Assembly (NCBI GenBank): GCA_009783465.1
Contig: WRDM01000010.1
Coordinates: 2,660 to 66,659 of the forward strand
Direction: 5' to 3'
DNA: 64,000 bases
DNA from: Phycisphaerae bacterium
GTDB taxonomy: Bacteria; Planctomycetota; Phycisphaerae; SM23-33
In this document: piece by piece, positions 60,219-64,000 of the stretch
Position numbering within the stretch: the first letter of the stretch is position 1
Layout of the letters: every line of letters begins with the position of its first letter
Made by a program: the position numbers and the translations under genes
Notes under the pieces: generated by a model
Told to the model about the DNA's origin: nothing
Databases searched by the model: none
Seen by the model: only the letters and a program-made list of their open reading frames with translations

Positions 60219-60357
60219 AAGCCAGTAGCCATCAGGTATGGCTGGGTTTGTTGCCCATTGCACGATCCTGGTATTTGTCGCTCACATGCCCGTTCCCGTT
60301 TTCACTGCCTTTTCGCCTTTGTCTTTCCATATCTACTGGCTATTGGCTACTGGCTTG
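60219..60357. repeat. Family A element, spacer inverted relative to the 55198/55925 copies
   Basis: AGCCAGTAGCCATCAGGTATGG ... TACTGGCTATTGGCTACTGGCT. Confidence 0.85.
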
Positions 60358-60411
60358 TTTCCCTCGAACGAATTTTTCGCTCGCTCAACGAGATGGAAAA
60401 TCACTCGCCGT

Positions 60412-61563
60412 TCACCCCGTATTCCGTTGCGGACGGAAGCCGAATTTCACGAACGGGTTGGCGCCTTTGATTCGCGGGAACAGCAGCGACCAGTCGCGCA
60501 GGCTGGCGATGGGCGTGCCGGCGTGCCGCATCTCGATGATTCGCTGGGCTGTGATCGGCCCGACGCCCGGCACGCGGAGCAGTTCCCACTTACTGGCCCG
60601 ATTGACGTCCACGGGAAAATAGTGTGGATTTCGCGACGCCCACGCCGTCTTCGGATCCGTCGCGAGCGACAAATTGCCGTCGGTCTCGAACGGAATTTCC
60701 TCATCCGAAAAGCCGTATTTCCGCATCAGCCACTCGGCTTGATAAAGCCGATGCTCGCGTGTCAGCACGTCGTTGGGGTTGGCCAGTTCACGACGTTCGC
60801 CAGGCAGGCGTTCGTCGCCCAGGCCCCGCTGGTAGGCACTGTAATACACGCGGCTCATCCCCATACGGCGGTACAGGCCGAACGTCGCCTTGACCAGGTG
60901 GGTATCCGTCTCGTCGGCCGCCCCGACGACGAACTGCGTGAACGGCTTCACCCGCGAGTACTTCGCGCCGGGGGCGGTCAACTGGGCGATCCGCCGGATG
61001 CCGCCGACGATGTCGCGCTCGAAATCCTTCGTTGGCGACAACTGCTTAAACGCGGCCTGATGCGGCGCCTCCACATTCAACGACACTTGCGACGACACGC
61101 GCAACGCCGCCTCAATGGCCGCATCCGACGAACCCGGAATGATCTTCAAGTGAATGAACCCGTGAAACTGATGCCGCCCCCGCAGCACCTCGGCCACCTC
61201 CACAAGTTTGCCCATCGTGTGGTCCGCGTCGCGAATCACACCCGAACTCAAAAACAGTCCAAACACCAGCCCCCGCCGCACGTACGACATCAACGCCGTC
61301 GCGATCTCCTCCGCCGCCAGGCTGTACCGCGGCACGTCCCGCCCGTCGCGGAAGGGGCAGTAGCGGCAATCGTTGACGCACACGTTCGACAGCAGCGTCT
61401 TGAAAATAATGTCCCGCCCGCCCCGCGGCGTCGACATCGGATACAGCCACGCGCCGTCCTTGCCACGAACGCGATGCGTGTCCTTACTCTTCGTCCCGCA
61501 CGCGCACGCCAGGTCATACCGCGACGCGTCCGCCAAGTACTCCAACTTTTGTTGCGTGTCCAT
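60412..61563 (-). CDS. Putative DNA modification/repair radical SAM protein with HhH
   Basis: CVNDCRYC, FLSSG, IHLKIIPG, REHRLYQAEWL, LLRVPGVGP. Confidence 0.9.
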   Translation of the reverse strand: MDTQQKLEYLADASRYDLACACGTKSKDTHRVRGKDGAWLYPMSTPRGGRDIIFKTLLSNVCVNDCRYCPFRDGRDVPRYSLAAEEIATALMSYVRRGLVFGLFLSSGVIRDADHTMGKLVEVAEVLRGRHQFHGFIHLKIIPGSSDAAIEAALRVSSQVSLNVEAPHQAAFKQLSPTKDFERDIVGGIRRIAQLTAPGAKYSRVKPFTQFVVGAADETDTHLVKATFGLYRRMGMSRVYYSAYQRGLGDERLPGERRELANPNDVLTREHRLYQAEWLMRKYGFSDEEIPFETDGNLSLATDPKTAWASRNPHYFPVDVNRASKWELLRVPGVGPITAQRIIEMRHAGTPIASLRDWSLLFPRIKGANPFVKFGFRPQRNTG

Positions 61564-61639
61564 GCTCTCGCTCCCCGACAGGCTTGAAGCCCGTCACTGT
61601 TCATAAGTTCCAAACGTCAAAACCGCCCACGGGCAAATC

Positions 61640-62179
61640 GGGTGTGGTTGAATTCTCCGGCACGGCGAAACGGTCTGGTTTTTCGTGGGAAACAACCGAT
61701 TGTCCTCCCCGGCCTCGCGCGGTAGCCGCCGGTCCGCAGCCTCAACGGGGCGTTTGATGTAGCCCCCTGCTTCGCTCTGCGAGCTACGCAGGGTGAGCGG
61801 TACTCGCGAACCCTGGGTTTGCGGGCGTTTTTTGGCTTTTCACCGCGGCCTGACGCTACTGGCCGCACGTCATACCGTCGCGTGAAGGCGGCGGCGAACG
61901 ACTCACACATTCCCGTGTACGCGTCGTCCGAAGCCGTATTCGCATGACGGTGCGTCCTCGGTCAGTGGCGTCAGGCCGCGACGAGGACGAGAAAACTTGT
62001 CCCCAGGGTTCGCGGAGTACGCTCACCCTGCGTAGCTCGCAGAGCGAAGCAGGGGGCTACATCAGACGCCCCGTTGGGGCTGCGTGCCGGCGACTTCCGC
62101 GCGAGGCCGGGGAGGACAATCGGTTGTTTCCCACGGAAAACCAGACCGTTTCGCCGTGCCGGAAAATCTAACCACACCC
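61640..62179. repeat. 540-bp family C palindrome with a mirrored insert in both arms
   Basis: GGGTGTGGTT...AACCACACCC ends; about 250-bp arms. Confidence 0.92.
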
Positions 62180-62335
62180 AGACCAATCCATATTATCACG
62201 AAGGGAAGTAGTTTGTTAGCATACCTATCAATTATATAACATCAAGAAGAAAAAGAAAAATTTTTGAAACTTTCGCCAGGCTCGTGCGTCGAACCGTGTA
62301 ATCTGGTTTTTTAACACCGTGGAAGGAGAGTCGAC

Positions 62336-64000
62336 ATGAACGTGGTTTATCGCATCGTGGCTGTGGGATTGCTCGTCACCGTGGGCGTGCTGTCGGCCCG
62401 CCCCGTATCGGCCCAGGGCGCCGCGGCGCTCGCGTCGGCGGGGCAGATCGAGACCGTGACCGTCTACCGCGGGCAGGCGATGGTGACGCGCGTGCTGTCG
62501 TTCGACCTCAAGGCGGGCCTGTCCGAATTGGTTGTCACCGACTTGCCGCAGGGCGTCGTCGGGCACAGCCTCGTCGCCAGCGCCGACGGCGCCGTGCAGG
62601 TTCAGGCCGTCCGATTCCGCACGCGGGCCGTCCAGGACAATCCGCGAAAGGAAGTCGCCGACCTCCAGGCGGAGATCAAAACCGTCGCGCAAAGTCTCCG
62701 TGCCAACGCGGCCCAGCAGGCCCTGCTCAAGAAAAAAGAAACCTTGCTGGACAATCTCGAAACCTTCTCCGCCGATCGCGCCAAGGACGACCTCGCCAAG
62801 GGCACGCTCAACGCCGAAAGCCTCATCGGCGTGGCGGACTATATCGTCACGCAGCGGACCACGCTGGCCGAGGCGGCGTTCACCCTGACCGAGGAGGCGG
62901 CCGCCGTCAATGAAAAACTCGCCCTGCTCCAACGACAACTGGCCGAGATGGTCGCCTCCTCGACGCGGACGGCCCGCGAGGCGGTGGTCTTCCTCAGCCT
63001 CCCGCAGGCGGGCAAGGCCACGGTACGGCTGAGTTACATGGTCGACGGCGCGACCTGGTCGCCCAGTTACAATCTGCGAACCGACGCCGCTGGCAAAGAG
63101 ATCGCCCTGGAGTATTCCGCCATCGTGCAGCAGGTCAGCGGCGAGGACTGGAACGGCGTGAAACTGACGCTCTCGACCGCCCAGCCGAACATGGCCGCCG
63201 ACGCGCCACTCCTGATGCCGCTCTGGGTGACGCTTACGAGCGATCGCGACGGCAATGCTCGCGGCGGGGGCAGCGAACGGTTTTTAAACGCCAAATCGGC
63301 CAGCGAATTGGCCGTGGAGCAGTCGGCGATGAGGAGGGAGATCGCCTCGAACCTGGCCGTCCGGCAGAGCAATCAGAAGGACATCTCCGGAAGAATTTCC
63401 GAAGATTGGGCGGCCAATTCGATCACGAACCGCCTGCAGATTCTCGACCTCACCAATTCACGCGACGTCCTGCTGGGCGTCAAGGACGCCGCCCTCGACA
63501 GCGACGCGATGGCCGTCATCTATCCGATCCCCGGCGGCATCTCCGTCGCCAGCCGGCAGGATCAACAGATGGTCCGCATCGCGACGATGAAACTCAAGGG
63601 CGACTTCTACTACCTCGCCGTGCCCGTCATGACCGCCAATGTCTATCTCCAGGCCGACATGGTCAACACCAGCGATATCGCGCTGCTCTCAGGCCCGGTG
63701 AGCAGTTACATGGACGGCCAATTCATGGGCACAGGCCGTCTGCCTGTGGTGGTCAAGGGACAGCGGTTCACCGTGGGATTCGGCGTGGATTCGCAACTCC
63801 GCGCTCGCCGCGAACTGGTGGACAAAACCGAAACCGTCCAGGGCGGAAACCGCGTGATGTCGTTCAAATATACCCTTGCGATGGACAACTATAAGGACAA
63901 ACCCGTCGCCGTCCGCGTGCTGGATCGCCTGCCCGATCCCAAGAACGCCGACATCCGCGTGACCCTGGGCCAGCCCAGCGTCGAGATCAGCAAGGACGCG
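62336..64000 (+). CDS. DUF4140/DUF4139 (MuiA-like) exported protein, 3'-truncated
   Basis: SD AAGGAG; signal peptide, IETVTVYRGQAMVTR, WSPSYNLR, QVSGEDW..V.LTLSTA; runs off the window, so absent from the ORF track. Confidence 0.85.
   Translation, partial: MNVVYRIVAVGLLVTVGVLSARPVSAQGAAALASAGQIETVTVYRGQAMVTRVLSFDLKAGLSELVVTDLPQGVVGHSLVASADGAVQVQAVRFRTRAVQDNPRKEVADLQAEIKTVAQSLRANAAQQALLKKKETLLDNLETFSADRAKDDLAKGTLNAESLIGVADYIVTQRTTLAEAAFTLTEEAAAVNEKLALLQRQLAEMVASSTRTAREAVVFLSLPQAGKATVRLSYMVDGATWSPSYNLRTDAAGKEIALEYSAIVQQVSGEDWNGVKLTLSTAQPNMAADAPLLMPLWVTLTSDRDGNARGGGSERFLNAKSASELAVEQSAMRREIASNLAVRQSNQKDISGRISEDWAANSITNRLQILDLTNSRDVLLGVKDAALDSDAMAVIYPIPGGISVASRQDQQMVRIATMKLKGDFYYLAVPVMTANVYLQADMVNTSDIALLSGPVSSYMDGQFMGTGRLPVVVKGQRFTVGFGVDSQLRARRELVDKTETVQGGNRVMSFKYTLAMDNYKDKPVAVRVLDRLPDPKNADIRVTLGQPSVEISKDA

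Overview
GC-rich bacterial chromosomal segment, most likely Planctomycetota (Phycisphaerae-like). This is inferred from a DUF1559-type domain, a TPR protein with two RpoA-CTD domains and recurring T-T-Q-P motifs in exported proteins. Housekeeping genes (yggS, rarA, gltX, rpoZ-gmk-yicC, secG-tpiA-pheA, lolD/lolE-lysS, aroF, proB, dprA) and a sigma54-type flagellar export operon (fliO-P-Q-R-flhB-flhA-fliJ-ylxF-like) are interspersed with lower-GC toxin/nuclease-like insertions (Fic, DUF3990/DUF3791, NYN, LPD3-like). No rRNA, tRNA, CRISPR array or transposase was recognised. The most striking structure is non-coding. About 30 palindromic elements of roughly 9 families sit at gene junctions, often supply the upstream stop codon through 7/8-mer tandem repeats, nest inside each other's loops, keep their two arms mirror-matched, and coincide with local G/C-skew flips. 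Other highlights: a homopolymer-frameshifted LPD3-like nuclease facing a convergent promoter and small structured RNA, an unannotated 23-aa histone-H1-like microprotein, an anti-sigma/DUF1559 fusion, an XRE-HTH-like insert in GluRS, and SecG fused to an Fn3-like domain. All calls are by eye; no searches were run.
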